Source: an uncultured bacterium (lineage in GTDB: Bacteria; Babelota; Babeliae; Babelales; RVW-14). From it: a stretch of DNA of 51,992 bases. Below the pieces are notes generated by a model, which had not been told where the DNA came from, did not search any database, and saw only the letters and a list, made by a program, of their open reading frames with translations. Positions 18,979 through 29,945 of the stretch are shown here, in pieces; the first letter of the stretch is position 1; every line of letters begins with the position of its first letter. The DNA is taken from the NCBI GenBank assembly GCA_963759805.1, contig CAVXAT010000010.1, positions 1 to 51,992 on the forward strand. The letters run 5' to 3'. Position numbers and translations under genes: made by a program.

Positions 18979-21147
18979 CTAATCGCAAATAAGAATCGAG
19001 TTGCTGCCATTTTTTATAATAACTTTATCACCAAGCGCAAGTGCCGCGCCTAAATCCGGAAACTTCTTCAATAAATCAAAATATTCTGCGCTAAAAATTT
19101 TAATTTTAACGATTGGAGAGGCATCCGTGTGATCGGAATCAATCCAAATATCATCTTTAAAATAAAATGTGCGTTGACGAACATTTCTGAATAATTCATT
19201 AACGCTTCTTGTTGTTGGATCGAACACCATGTTGTATGAATCATCTGTTCTTGCTGAATCTCGTAGCGATTGCTGGCCCTTTGCACGTAAAACAGCCTTT
19301 TTGCCGGTTAGGTCGCCACTAGCATAATTTAATGAGCCCGTAGAAAATTGAATCATTTCATCCGAAACAATATTTTTACTAAATTTCTTAGAATCTCCAT
19401 CAGTAATCAAGAACGACGTATATTCCGTTATGATTCCATATTTTCTGCTTAATTCAATTATTTGATTAACTAAATTATTTCCAGCGCCATCAAGCAATAT
19501 CTGGTCAATAAGATATGCTATTTTTCTGCCCGCCCAGATTCGTGGTAAAAAGTCATTTTCAAATTGATTATCAACGAAAGTTGTATCGAAAATAAAATGT
19601 TTTTCAATGGCATTTTGTTTTCCGGATAAACAAAGTTGAACATTGCCACCATCTTTATATCGACCGACTACGAGAAGTTGAGATCCAACGAAAAGATCGG
19701 GCAGCACAATCGGATAAATTTCGTTAACTTGTACGCCTGAAAAATTCAGTGCGATGTCCGTTAAAACAGGATTTGATATTTTGAGATAAAAATTAGAAAC
19801 CTTTTCCTCAATTTTTTCGTTGGGTTCGATATATTCAGAGATCCCTTTATTATCCAATGAAAGTTTATCTAACAAATTTGTTTTAACATCATAGCCGACT
19901 CCAAATGAAAACAGTCGTATTTTGTCAGTATTTGAACTTTGGATATTTTTAATGATGGAGGCAGTGTCACATACTCCAACCGTTGGTTCTCCATCAGTTA
20001 AAAAAATTATCATTGTTGGGGCTTCATCCTTTTCAACCAATTTCAAAGTAGCCAACAAAGCAGAATTGATATCAGTTCCACCACTTGAGGATAAGCCGTT
20101 AACGTACTTTATGGCATTGGCAACATTTTGCTTTGATGCGTTCACCAGAGAATTTTCATACTGCTTGACTGACGAATCGAAGCTAACAATGTTAAATTTA
20201 TCGTCAGGATTTAGGTGATTTAAACAGAAGATCAAAGCCTCTTTTGCTTGTTCAAGTTTTGCACCATACATGCTGCCGGAAGTATCTAAAACTAATAGAA
20301 TATTTTTCTTAACTAATTGTTGTGTTTTACCATCACGATTAGGAGACAGCATGGCTAAAAAGAAGCCATCTTCTGTTCCATTTTTGTAAGATAAAACATT
20401 GAATCCGAAGTCATCTTTGGGCAATGTGTAATAAAGAATAAAATCACGGTCCGGTCGCACATCTTTCTCAGTGTACGTAACTTTTGCATTTGTTGTGCCG
20501 TCAAGCTTGGTATCAATCTTGTGAGTTGGAGAGTAAACATTAAGAATTTTTTGTTGAGATTTAATATCAACATTAACTGCAACACTATCTAAAGCCTGCG
20601 CAGAAAATTTTTCCGTACTTAAGGTATAACAGTATTTAACTGTGCCATTGTCAGCTTTAAGAATCTCCGAATATTTTAAAGTAATTCGCAATTGCCCATT
20701 TGCAGGAATAGGGTAAATGCTTGCTTTAAACATTGATCTACCAATGTACTCAAGTAATGCCGGATCTTTCTTTTCTTTAACAATTCTTTCATATTCGGTC
20801 CTAGCATCCTCTTTGTTAAAAATTTTGGCAGTTAAGGGTTTCTCATTTACATACATTGTAAAATTAGAAATATTTGCCTGCTCTGGAATTGGAAATATGT
20901 ATGTGCCTTCTAAATCATATGAATATGGATTTTCAAAAATTTGGTCAACAGATGTCGTTGCAATCTGATTATTGATGCTAACATTAACGTTATGATATTT
21001 AATGTTAAAGCGTGCCGGATTCTTGATGACAAATGCTTCTGGGAATTTATCTATTATAATTAATCCATCTGGGCGTAAGCATACTGCTGAAAAAATAGAT
21101 ATCGCAATAAGACCTAAACGCAAAAACCCTTTTTTGAACGTATTCAT
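18979..21147 (-). CDS. VIT + vWA domain protein (inter-alpha-trypsin-inhibitor-like) with signal peptide
   Basis: VIT region Q.FENP...EGTYIFPIP; MIDAS LVLDTSGSM, GGTDI, FLTDG; PRIWA; ATG 21147 with GGAGG RBS. Confidence 0.9.
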   Translation of the reverse strand: MNTFKKGFLRLGLIAISIFSAVCLRPDGLIIIDKFPEAFVIKNPARFNIKYHNVNVSINNQIATTSVDQIFENPYSYDLEGTYIFPIPEQANISNFTMYVNEKPLTAKIFNKEDARTEYERIVKEKKDPALLEYIGRSMFKASIYPIPANGQLRITLKYSEILKADNGTVKYCYTLSTEKFSAQALDSVAVNVDIKSQQKILNVYSPTHKIDTKLDGTTNAKVTYTEKDVRPDRDFILYYTLPKDDFGFNVLSYKNGTEDGFFLAMLSPNRDGKTQQLVKKNILLVLDTSGSMYGAKLEQAKEALIFCLNHLNPDDKFNIVSFDSSVKQYENSLVNASKQNVANAIKYVNGLSSSGGTDINSALLATLKLVEKDEAPTMIIFLTDGEPTVGVCDTASIIKNIQSSNTDKIRLFSFGVGYDVKTNLLDKLSLDNKGISEYIEPNEKIEEKVSNFYLKISNPVLTDIALNFSGVQVNEIYPIVLPDLFVGSQLLVVGRYKDGGNVQLCLSGKQNAIEKHFIFDTTFVDNQFENDFLPRIWAGRKIAYLIDQILLDGAGNNLVNQIIELSRKYGIITEYTSFLITDGDSKKFSKNIVSDEMIQFSTGSLNYASGDLTGKKAVLRAKGQQSLRDSARTDDSYNMVFDPTTRSVNELFRNVRQRTFYFKDDIWIDSDHTDASPIVKIKIFSAEYFDLLKKFPDLGAALALGDKVIIKNGSNSILICD

Positions 21148-21393
21148 GTTATCCTCCAATAAATAAATTAAAACGACGAATTAAACGATGAATTGATACA
21201 TTACAAAGACGTTTAAGGTTTGCAAAAATATTATGTAAAGTCAAAGACAACGTTGCTCCAGCCCCTTTTTTCTTTCCAGTTGCAATACCTTGAATTTTAG
21301 CCATGAGCTTTTTATGTAAATCTGAAATTAACTATAAATGGGTACGTAAAGGCGAAGGCGAGAACTTTATGCGATTTGTTCTTTAAGCGAAAT

Positions 21394-21918
21394 TTATTTG
21401 CTCATAACTGATTTGACGTCTTTAAAATACGGTTCTAGGATCTTGTCACGTTCCTTAAGTTCTGCTAAGAGCTTATCACGTTCTGCTGCGTACGTTTTTA
21501 GGATCTCGTCGCGTTCTGCTAGGCGTTTATTACGAGTTGCTTCTTTTTTTGCATAAACAATAAGGATACTTGTCAAAAAAACCGCACATGCCACAAGAAC
21601 CGTGATAAGAACAATTTTTGTTGATTTAGATAGTTTGTTATTTGCAGCAGAGACAACGCGCTCAATATGATCGACAAGTTCCTTATTAGATGCCCCTTGT
21701 GCTTGCATCTCTTTAAGTGTATTCGATAATGCTACTAAGTTTTTATATTTATTTTCGTCATTTTTGGAAATTAATTCTTCCAGTTCTTTTATAAATGTTG
21801 CGTCAATGGGGTCGCAACCAGGATTAGTTTTTTCAATTAAATCCATAGAATAAATGAAGTTATGAAAAACAAAGACCAATGAAAGGACCAACGAAAAGAG
21901 TAATTTTATTTTCATCAA
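21394..21918 (-). CDS. Hypothetical protein: signal peptide, TM helix, C-terminal coiled-coil ERD repeats
   Basis: RBS AGGAGGA; LAERDEIL/AAERDKLL/LKERDKIL. Confidence 0.75.
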   Translation of the reverse strand: MMKIKLLFSLVLSLVFVFHNFIYSMDLIEKTNPGCDPIDATFIKELEELISKNDENKYKNLVALSNTLKEMQAQGASNKELVDHIERVVSAANNKLSKSTKIVLITVLVACAVFLTSILIVYAKKEATRNKRLAERDEILKTYAAERDKLLAELKERDKILEPYFKDVKSVMSK

Positions 21919-22038
21919 AATGTCCTCCTGCTACAGTTCAAAATGTTATTCGGATGTTAAAGTTGGTTGAAAGATAGCAAATTTAAGAGACAAAGTCGAT
22001 AAAAAGCTTTAATGAAAGAGGAAGAAAGAAAAGCGAAT

Positions 22039-22071
22039 AAAGAGGGGCTTGCAATGCGCAAGCCCCTCTTT
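22039..22071. terminator. Perfect 14-bp inverted repeat, terminator-like; related copy at 43549-43581
   Basis: aaagaggggcttgc-aatgc-gcaagcccctcttt. Confidence 0.7.
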
Positions 22072-22364
22072 TAACATTGAAGTATGTCAGTACAAAATTA
22101 GTTACTTGGGTAAGTTATGGAGTATAATTGAATTTTTACGTGCTTGGTCAAACGCAAGAAGCGAGGGTGATTTTAGGCTGAACATTGCAAAAGCAGACAT
22201 CAATGAATCTGCAAGACTAAAAAAAAATTCTTTGGAATAATGTTACCAGATAGCGCGAAAAATTTTTAGCGGAAATTGCTGTAAATTTGTAAACTTTATC
22301 TGCCTTTTACTTATATTCTTGACCGTAACTGTAAACATATTAATCTACTTATCAGCAAAGTTAT

Positions 22365-23777
22365 ATGTTCAACCCTAAAATTTTGGTTACTCACATGCGC
22401 GTAAAAATTAGTTACATAAGCAAGAAAGATATTGGAAAAGAGTTAACAGTCAAAGGTTGGGTAAAAACATCTCGATTTTCAAAAGATTTTGGATTTGTTG
22501 AGATCAATGACGGATCTCAATTCAATAATATTCAAGCAATTATTAATCAGAATTTAAATAATTATGAAAGTTTGAAAAGAGATTTATCAACCGGAGCATC
22601 TGTAAGTATAACCGGAAAGCTCGTTGAAAGCCTTGGGAAAGAACAGGCATTTGAAATTCAGGCAACGCAAGTGCAGATAATTGGACTATGCGATCCCGAA
22701 ACTTATCCGTTACAGAAGAAACGGCATACGCTTGAATTTTTGCGCACAATCGGCCATCTCAAGCCTCGCACAAATACGGTGGGTGCAGTTGCAAGAGTAA
22801 GAAATGCGCTTGCATGGGCAACGCATGATTTTTTTCAAACCAGGGGATTTTTGTATGTTAACACTCCCATCATCACCGGATCCGATTGCGAAGGCGCAGG
22901 TCAGATGTTTAGAGTTTCAACACTTGATGCAGCAACGCCGCCATTGATTGATGGGAAAGTTGATTTCTCTCAAGATTTTTTTGGTAAAGAGACATTCTTA
23001 ACTGTTTCCGGGCAACTTAATGGAGAGTGCTATGCATGTGCGCTTTCTGACATTTATACATTTGGGCCAACGTTCCGGGCAGAAAATTCAAACACATCGC
23101 GACACTTGGCTGAATTTTGGATGATTGAGCCGGAAATGGCATTTGCAGAACTAAAAGACAACATGGAGTGTGCGCAAAGTTATGTTAAACACTGCATTAA
23201 AACAGTTCTTGAACGCTGCCCACAGGACATGCAATTTTTTGATAAATATGTTGAAAATGGACTGATCCAAAGATTGCAGCATGTTTTAGAAACCCCATTT
23301 GAACATTTAACATATACTCAAGCAATTGAGATTTTGAAAAAAGCTACGAAAAAATTTGAGTATCCCGTGCAGTGGGGTATAGACTTGCAGTCTGAGCATG
23401 AAAGATATATTGTCGAAGAACACTGTAAAAAGCCTGTCATTCTGACAAACTACCCAACGGAGATAAAAGCTTTCTACATGAAAGAAGACGAGGGAGGCAA
23501 AACAGTCAAAGCAATGGATACCCTTGTTGCCGGCATTGGCGAGCTCTTAGGTGGTAGTCAGCGTGAAGATAGGCTGGATGTTTTGACGGCCAAAATGGAT
23601 AAACTTGGGTTGAATAAAGAGAATTACTGGTGGTATTTGGAATTAAGAAAATATGGATCAGTTCCACATTCCGGCTTTGGCCTTGGATTTGAAAGATTAG
23701 TTGTATTTACAACGGGAATTGATAACATTCGAGACTCAATCCCATTCCCAAGATATTCAAAACACGCTGATTTTTAA
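22365..23777 (+). CDS. asnS: Asparagine--tRNA ligase
   Basis: OB-fold VKGWV, TPIITGSDCEGAG, FLTVSGQL, FGPTFRAENSNTSRHLAEFWMIEPE, GSVPHSGFGLGFERL; start may be ATG 22395. Confidence 0.97.
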   Translation: MFNPKILVTHMRVKISYISKKDIGKELTVKGWVKTSRFSKDFGFVEINDGSQFNNIQAIINQNLNNYESLKRDLSTGASVSITGKLVESLGKEQAFEIQATQVQIIGLCDPETYPLQKKRHTLEFLRTIGHLKPRTNTVGAVARVRNALAWATHDFFQTRGFLYVNTPIITGSDCEGAGQMFRVSTLDAATPPLIDGKVDFSQDFFGKETFLTVSGQLNGECYACALSDIYTFGPTFRAENSNTSRHLAEFWMIEPEMAFAELKDNMECAQSYVKHCIKTVLERCPQDMQFFDKYVENGLIQRLQHVLETPFEHLTYTQAIEILKKATKKFEYPVQWGIDLQSEHERYIVEEHCKKPVILTNYPTEIKAFYMKEDEGGKTVKAMDTLVAGIGELLGGSQREDRLDVLTAKMDKLGLNKENYWWYLELRKYGSVPHSGFGLGFERLVVFTTGIDNIRDSIPFPRYSKHADF

Positions 23778-23838
23778 AACAGCAATAAATTACCAAAGTT
23801 GTGAAATCATTAAAACTATAACCTTCAATGGGTATGTT

Positions 23839-24498
23839 ATGCAATTCAACGTATCATTAAGATCTCTAAGATTTCTGATTTTTGCTTTTTTATTTTTAAT
23901 TACTTTTGATTCACACTGCTGTGCCAAATCAAGCCGTAGTTTGCATGTCAAAGACAATTTTTTAGTGCAATTTGCGTTTGCCCACAAGAATACATCTTAT
24001 TCTGATGGGAAACAGTTTGTATTTTACGCAAATCCATCGGTTTTGTATATGGTTATTATGGCGATTTCAGCCGCTGCTACCCTTACTTTTGGCACAGCTT
24101 GTACCCATTTTTCATTTGAAGAGATAAACAAAGAAGATAGTCGTGTGATGTTTTGGCTTGGCTTGGTTACAGTTACCGGAGGTGGCGTGCTTACCAAAGT
24201 GTTTTTTGATGCCATAGGTATGAAAATAGATCAAATTGAATATATAAAATTTGATGATGTTGGTATATACGAATGGGGGAAGCTTCGAGCAAAATGGGAA
24301 GATATTTCATCAATTTATCTTACAGAATTTTATTATAATGATATCACTAAAAGAAAAGCGTCTTTTTCAGATAAGAATGCGAATGATCTGTTTGTAGTTA
24401 ACGACTATGATGTCTTTTTACCTGTTACGTTTGATGATTTTTTATCAATCTCGGAATATTACCTGAATAAGCCAAAGACAGTGCCATCACAGGTGTAA
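23839..24498 (+). CDS. Hypothetical membrane protein
   Basis: Signal-like N-terminus and two TM segments; ATG 23839 chosen to avoid overlap with asnS. Confidence 0.65.
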   Translation: MQFNVSLRSLRFLIFAFLFLITFDSHCCAKSSRSLHVKDNFLVQFAFAHKNTSYSDGKQFVFYANPSVLYMVIMAISAAATLTFGTACTHFSFEEINKEDSRVMFWLGLVTVTGGGVLTKVFFDAIGMKIDQIEYIKFDDVGIYEWGKLRAKWEDISSIYLTEFYYNDITKRKASFSDKNANDLFVVNDYDVFLPVTFDDFLSISEYYLNKPKTVPSQV

Positions 24499-24584
24499 TT
24501 TGTCAGGCTATTTTTTGATTGGCCAACCCTTAAAAAACTTGATATTCTGAAAACTTGATATTCTTATGATTAGTTGATTCTAAT

Positions 24585-24668
24585 GCCGAAGTGGCGAAAT
24601 TGGTAGACGCGCTAGATTCAGAGTCTAGTCCTGTTAAAGGGGTAGGGGTTCGAGTCCCCTCTTCGGCA
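24585..24668 (+). tRNA. tRNA-Leu (anticodon CAG), CCA not encoded
   Basis: Acceptor GCCGAAG/CTTCGGC, D-loop TTGGTAGAC, anticodon arm CTAGA-TTCAGAG-TCTAG, long variable arm, T-loop TTCGAGT, discriminator A. Confidence 0.95.
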
Positions 24669-24710
24669 CTCTCCTACGCCCTCACTACGTTCGTGGCTAC
24701 GAAGAGCAGG
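24669..24710 (+). repeat. REP-like palindromic unit immediately 3' of tRNA-Leu
   Basis: ctctcctacgcc...ggctacgaagagcagg; same CTWCGC..GCTWCG...CAGG pattern as units at 45295-45394 and 47130-47164. Confidence 0.6.
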
Positions 24711-24832
24711 CTCTCCTTCAGCTTTGTGTAGGCATCTTGAATTAAGAATTTAAGCGTGATACACTAAACTTATGTAAGTTTACAATGTAGTCTTTTATCT
24801 ATATAAAAAACAAAAAACAGTATTTGAGAACC

Positions 24833-25960
24833 ATGGCAAAGCGCGATTATTATGAAATACTTGGCGTAGATAAAAACACTAGCCAAGAAGATATAAAAAA
24901 GGCTTATCGAAAGTTGGCCCTTAAATATCATCCGGATAGGAATCCCGGTAATAAAGAGGCTGAAGATAAGTTCAAAGAAGCTTCCCAGGCGTATGATGTC
25001 CTTTCAAATCCTGAAAAGCGCAAGGCATATGACCAGTTTGGACATGCTGGCGCCGAGCAGATGGGTGGGGGTGGGCAGTATTCCGACATAAATGATATTT
25101 TTGAAAACTTTGGCGATATCTTTGGTGATCTTTTTGGCGGAGCTGGGCAACGTCGTAAAAAAAGCAAATCCGGACCGGTTCCTCAGCGTGGGCATGATCT
25201 ATCTCAAAAAGTCCAAATTACATTAAAAGACTCTTATCTAGGCTGCAAAGCCGATATCAACGTTTATCGTTATGAAAAATGTGATCAGTGTAATCACACC
25301 GGTTGCAAAGAGGGCACAAAGCCAACAATTTGTTCATCATGCGATGGCATGGGAACGATTCATCAAAAACAGGGTTTTTTTGTTTACAGCCAACACTGTT
25401 CAGATTGTATGGGACAAGGTTTTTCAATTAAATCCCCTTGCTCAAAATGTAAGGGGCAATCACGTTTTCAAAAATATGAAAAACTTTCAATTTCAATTCC
25501 TGCGGGAATTTATAACAACGCGGAGTTAAGGGTTCAAGCTAAAGGCGATTCCGGAATTTTTGGTGGAGAGTCCGGCGATCTTTATTTGGGTATCGAAATT
25601 AAATCCGACCCAAAATTTTATCGCAGAGATGATCATTTGGTCACAAATATTAACTTAACCTACCCGCAACTGGTTTTGGGTTGTCAGATCGAAATTGAAA
25701 ATATTGATGGTACAAAAGAAACCATTAAAATTCCTCGTGGCTGCCATGTTGGGGAAGAGATAAAACTTGTTGGACATGGCTTCCCTCGTTTGCACCATTC
25801 TGGTCGTGGAGATTTGATATTTATAACGCAGTGCCACATTCCATCAAAGCTATCAGATGAAGCAAGAAATGCGCTTCTTGAATATAGCAAGCATATTGGA
25901 GATAGCTGCAAAGATAATGCTGGCGGAATTTCAGGCTTTTTCAAAAAGTTTCTAGGTTAG
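24833..25960 (+). CDS. dnaJ: Molecular chaperone DnaJ
   Basis: J domain [10 protein letters not shown]...HPD, G/F region, four CxxCxxxG zinc repeats, C-terminal domain. Confidence 0.97.
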   Translation: MAKRDYYEILGVDKNTSQEDIKKAYRKLALKYHPDRNPGNKEAEDKFKEASQAYDVLSNPEKRKAYDQFGHAGAEQMGGGGQYSDINDIFENFGDIFGDLFGGAGQRRKKSKSGPVPQRGHDLSQKVQITLKDSYLGCKADINVYRYEKCDQCNHTGCKEGTKPTICSSCDGMGTIHQKQGFFVYSQHCSDCMGQGFSIKSPCSKCKGQSRFQKYEKLSISIPAGIYNNAELRVQAKGDSGIFGGESGDLYLGIEIKSDPKFYRRDDHLVTNINLTYPQLVLGCQIEIENIDGTKETIKIPRGCHVGEEIKLVGHGFPRLHHSGRGDLIFITQCHIPSKLSDEARNALLEYSKHIGDSCKDNAGGISGFFKKFLG

Positions 25961-26027
25961 TTATTCTTTTTCTTGAAAAAAATCCCTGCAAAAGGCTAAG
26001 CTCCTTAAAAAGTTGCAGGGATTTAGT

Positions 26028-26663
26028 ATGTTTATTGGTTATGTTGGTTTTTTTAATATTAGTTTGTTAAGAATAATAATCGTATTTTTGATTTCAACAA
26101 ATTTTTTGTTTGCCACGCAAGACAAAATTAAAATCAATGATATTAAAAAAATATTAGATAATTTCCATTCCGTGCAGTCCGGTGTTTTGTACAGATCTGC
26201 GCAATTAAAACCAAGTAGATTAAGAAAATATGTTCAAAAATTTGGCATAAAATCCGTTATTAATTTACGCGGTGTAAATAAGAAGACAAAATGGTGGCAA
26301 GCTGAAAAAGCAACACTTGAAAAACTTAATGTGAATTATTACAATATTCCATTTAATGCCAACAGCTATTCAAGCAAAGAAAATTTACATAAGCTTCTTT
26401 ATCTTTACAAACATGCCCCAAAACCAATTTTAATTCACTGTCGTGATGGTGCGGATAGATCAGGAGAAGCAGCAGCTCTTTGGATTTTAGAGCAGCAGGG
26501 TAAACAAAAAAAGGATGCGTTTAAACATTTATCATTAAAATATGGGTATCTACGATTTAGAAAGCCTAAAAAATATTTTTTAATTTCGATCTGGCAGGGC
26601 GAACAGTGGTTGAATCAGAAGTATGATCCAGAAAATTATGTGTCTAAAATAAAACATTCTTAA
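26028..26663 (+). CDS. Protein tyrosine / dual-specificity phosphatase family protein with signal peptide
   Basis: LYRSAQ, IKSVINLRG, P-loop PILIHCRDGADRSG (HCx5R). Confidence 0.88.
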   Translation: MFIGYVGFFNISLLRIIIVFLISTNFLFATQDKIKINDIKKILDNFHSVQSGVLYRSAQLKPSRLRKYVQKFGIKSVINLRGVNKKTKWWQAEKATLEKLNVNYYNIPFNANSYSSKENLHKLLYLYKHAPKPILIHCRDGADRSGEAAALWILEQQGKQKKDAFKHLSLKYGYLRFRKPKKYFLISIWQGEQWLNQKYDPENYVSKIKHS

Positions 26664-26746
26664 ATTTCTTATTCTTGATTTTTGAAACATAAATGCTATA
26701 TTTTCGCTGTCGTACAATATTAATATAATATTTGAAAGGGTATGTA

Positions 26747-27751
26747 ATGGCATTTAATATGGCATTTGGTAAAACATTTAAATTAATAGTTATGTTTGCG
26801 AGTTTACCCACTTGTTTTAAAAATCTCTTACAAGCAGATCCTATCTATAACAATTCAATATATTCTCGTTCTGTTCATAAAGATAGCTTTAAACCTGAAA
26901 TCAGAAAGATTGCAGAAGAGTATCTTCGATCCAAAAACTTTAGTGTTTACGATATCCCTTCGAAACTAAAACCTGAGTATGAAGGTTGTTTGAATAAGGC
27001 TCAAGATCGATTAAATTCACGCGCCCGTGATTGGGGTGTTTCCATTCTTGATTACAAAGATATCGAATCAGTAACGACTCAAGAACTTGATAAATTTGTT
27101 AAAACTATGGATTCGATTGTATTAGAGCCTAAATTAGACGAAAAAATTAACGATGCAATTTGTAATTTGATTCACAAAAGTGGCATGGTCAAAGATGACA
27201 TCAAAAAATGTGCTGAATCAGAGTATAATTCTCGATATTACAAAGTTAAAGATAAACTCAAAGATACTATGTCAGATGATAATAGAGACTACGTTCGAAT
27301 TAATGAAATTGAAAAGTCTGTGAAGGATGAGCTTTCAGCTTTGATCAAGCGTGTAAAGGGTCAGGTTGGCAGCTCAAAAAATAAACCAACTGTTCAATCA
27401 AATAATTCGACACGGGCAAATGGCGATTCTTGGCAAGATTTTTGGGACTGGTTGACCGGCAAAAAACCAAATACGAGTACAACATCTACAACAGACTCAA
27501 CCTATTCAACGGATTCAAACTATTCAACAGACATAACCCCTTCAGCCCCTCCTTATAATTATTTAGGTGAAAAATGCAGCATCTGTCTTGAGAGTATAAA
27601 ATCATACGAAAAACTTGGATATTTAGACTGTGGCCACTACTTTCACGAGAGGTGCATACAAACCTCTTTGAAGAGCTATGCACACAAATGTCCATTGTGT
27701 GATACTCACACAGATTCAATCGCTTATACAGTGGAAGTTCCTTTACAGTAA
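26747..27751 (+). CDS. Protein with C-terminal RING-H2 finger (eukaryote-like E3 ligase candidate)
   Basis: CSIC-x14-CGHYFHERC-x11-CPLC (C3H2C3); hydrophobic N-terminus; Ser/Thr-rich linker; exact start uncertain. Confidence 0.85.
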   Translation: MAFNMAFGKTFKLIVMFASLPTCFKNLLQADPIYNNSIYSRSVHKDSFKPEIRKIAEEYLRSKNFSVYDIPSKLKPEYEGCLNKAQDRLNSRARDWGVSILDYKDIESVTTQELDKFVKTMDSIVLEPKLDEKINDAICNLIHKSGMVKDDIKKCAESEYNSRYYKVKDKLKDTMSDDNRDYVRINEIEKSVKDELSALIKRVKGQVGSSKNKPTVQSNNSTRANGDSWQDFWDWLTGKKPNTSTTSTTDSTYSTDSNYSTDITPSAPPYNYLGEKCSICLESIKSYEKLGYLDCGHYFHERCIQTSLKSYAHKCPLCDTHTDSIAYTVEVPLQ

Positions 27752-27810
27752 ACAGTTAATTTTATAGAATAAAAAATAAAATTTATATACTTAGTTTTCT
27801 GGAGAATACC

Positions 27811-29052
27811 GTGATAGATTTAAATCGACTACGTAATGAGTTTGAACAGACCAAAGCACTCATTTTACGCAAAGAGCCGACATTTAATGTTGATAGATTA
27901 ATGGAGTTGGATAAACTTGTCAGATCGATTAATACCGAAGTCGAGAATTTAAGAAAAATCAAAAATGATTTGGCATCAGCCGGATCCAAAGGTATAACAC
28001 CTGAAATTCGTCAAAAAAGCATTGAGCTTGGCAAAGAGCTAAAAAGCAAAGAAGATGCTTTGGCTAGTCTAGATCATGAGTATAAAAATCTGTGGCTTGC
28101 ATGCCCAAATATACCATCCAACGATTTACCGCTTGGTGGAAAAGAGGCAAATAAGCCGGTACGAGTAATAGGTAAAAAGCCTGAGTTTAAATTCAAAATC
28201 AAAAACCATGTTGAATTGAATGAAAATGCAAAATGGTTTGATTTTGAAACGGCGGCAAAAATGTCCGGAGCACAGTTTCCATTGTATCGTGGACAGGGTG
28301 TTAAAATAATTTATGCGCTAACACGCATGATGCTAAAAAATAATGTTAAACATGGCTTTGAGCCTGTAATTCCTCCATATTTAGTGACAGATAACGCTTT
28401 GTATAATTCGGGAAATTTACCAAAGTTTAAGGGTGATTATTATACGTTGCCGGAAGATGGGCTAAATCTGATTCCAACAGCAGAAGTCAGTTTAACAAAT
28501 GTCTATGCAGATAAAATTTTATCGTCTCAAGAACTGCCCATGCGCATGACATCTTGGACTAGTTGCTTCAGGCGTGAGGCGGGAACATATGGCGCAACAG
28601 AACGTGGGTTAATTAGAGTTCATCAATTTGAAAAGGTTGAGCTGTATGCTATTTGCGAGCCTGAAAAATCATTTACAGAACTTGAGATGATGGTTGGATG
28701 CGCAGAAGAGATTCTCAAAGCACTGGATCTACACTATCGGGTAAGTTTACTTGCCGCTCAGGACTGCTCATTTTCATCGGCAAAAACTTATGATATCGAA
28801 GTGTGGCTACCCGGACAAAATCAGTTTTACGAAGTCTCATCTTGCAGTAACTGCACGGACTTTCAAGCACGAAGATCAAAAATTAGATATCGCAAAGATC
28901 ATGATGCTAAACCAGAGTTAGCACATACTTTAAACGCATCGTCGTTGGCTTTGCCACGCTTGATGGTTGCTTTGATGGAAAATTATCAGCAAGAAGACGG
29001 TACAATTAAGTTGCCAGATGCACTTGTTAAAGTGATGGGCGAGGTTTGGTAG
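27811..29052 (+). CDS. serS: Serine--tRNA ligase
   Basis: N-terminal coiled coil, PNIP, LIPTAEV, CFRREAG...RGLIRVHQFEKVE, YDIEVWLP, EVSSCSNCTDFQARR. Confidence 0.97.
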   Translation: MIDLNRLRNEFEQTKALILRKEPTFNVDRLMELDKLVRSINTEVENLRKIKNDLASAGSKGITPEIRQKSIELGKELKSKEDALASLDHEYKNLWLACPNIPSNDLPLGGKEANKPVRVIGKKPEFKFKIKNHVELNENAKWFDFETAAKMSGAQFPLYRGQGVKIIYALTRMMLKNNVKHGFEPVIPPYLVTDNALYNSGNLPKFKGDYYTLPEDGLNLIPTAEVSLTNVYADKILSSQELPMRMTSWTSCFRREAGTYGATERGLIRVHQFEKVELYAICEPEKSFTELEMMVGCAEEILKALDLHYRVSLLAAQDCSFSSAKTYDIEVWLPGQNQFYEVSSCSNCTDFQARRSKIRYRKDHDAKPELAHTLNASSLALPRLMVALMENYQQEDGTIKLPDALVKVMGEVW

Positions 29053-29067
29053 AAACGGAGTATACGC

Positions 29068-29943
29068 ATGATAACCGAAGAGATCAGAAAACAGATTAAA
29101 AAAATTCAGATCCATACAAAACGCATCATGCAAACGACCATCACAGGTGACTATCTTTCTGCATTCAAAGGTGCCGGATTGGAATTTGACCAAATCAGAG
29201 AGTATATGATGGGAGATGATGTTCGAGCAATCGATTGGAACAGCTCTGCCAAGATGAATAAGATCATGGTTAAGCAGTTTATCCAAGAGCGCGATCGTAC
29301 CGTAATACTTGCAATTGATTTATCTGCCTCTGGGCTATACTCATCTCAGTACGAATTAAGGCGTGATCTGATCGCACAAGTTTCTGCCGTTCTGGCCTAC
29401 ATCTCTGCTGAAAACAAGGACAAAGTTGGGGCACTGTTTTTTACTGACCGGATTGAGAAATGGATTCCGCCTAGTCGCGGTAGTGCACACAACGGTAAGA
29501 TTCTTGAAACAATATTCACAATTCAACCGCAGGGGCGTGGAACTAATATCTCTCAGGCATTGAAATTTTTGATTTCAATCAGGAAGCGTAATTCAATTGT
29601 TTTTATGTTATCCGATTGGATTGATGATTTGAATTCATATTCAAAATTGTTAAGAGTTGCGGCCTGTGAGTATGATTTTATTGGAATTAGGGTTACTGAT
29701 CCATGCGAAAAATATTTGCCGGACGTTGGCTTGATCGAAGTTCAGGATCCTGAAAGTCGAAAAAATTTTATTCTTGATACCAGAGATAAAAAGGAGCTTA
29801 ATACATTTCTGGAGGGTAGACTGTTGGAGCATAAACGCCTTTTTGATAAGTATAAAATTGACCTTCTTGATTTGTCAGTGGGACATCCTTTTGTTAATAG
29901 CCTAACTAATTTTTTTCATATGCGAATTAGGAGGCAGATTTAA
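29068..29943 (+). CDS. DUF58 (MoxR-associated, vWA-like) protein
   Basis: GDYLSAFKGAGLEFDQIREY..GDDVRAIDWN.SA, AIDLSAS, LSDW. Confidence 0.9.
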   Translation: MITEEIRKQIKKIQIHTKRIMQTTITGDYLSAFKGAGLEFDQIREYMMGDDVRAIDWNSSAKMNKIMVKQFIQERDRTVILAIDLSASGLYSSQYELRRDLIAQVSAVLAYISAENKDKVGALFFTDRIEKWIPPSRGSAHNGKILETIFTIQPQGRGTNISQALKFLISIRKRNSIVFMLSDWIDDLNSYSKLLRVAACEYDFIGIRVTDPCEKYLPDVGLIEVQDPESRKNFILDTRDKKELNTFLEGRLLEHKRLFDKYKIDLLDLSVGHPFVNSLTNFFHMRIRRQI

Positions 29944-29945
29944 TT

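Noticed and set aside
22072..22364. T-box or riboswitch leader upstream of asnS
   Set aside because: No T-box consensus (GGTGGNACCGCG) or terminator close to the start was seen; ORF 22049-22240 has no recognisable features.
24534..24564. 15-bp direct repeat aaaacttgatattct upstream of tRNA-Leu
   Set aside because: Probably a local duplication in the promoter; the spacing gives no clear promoter or operator model.
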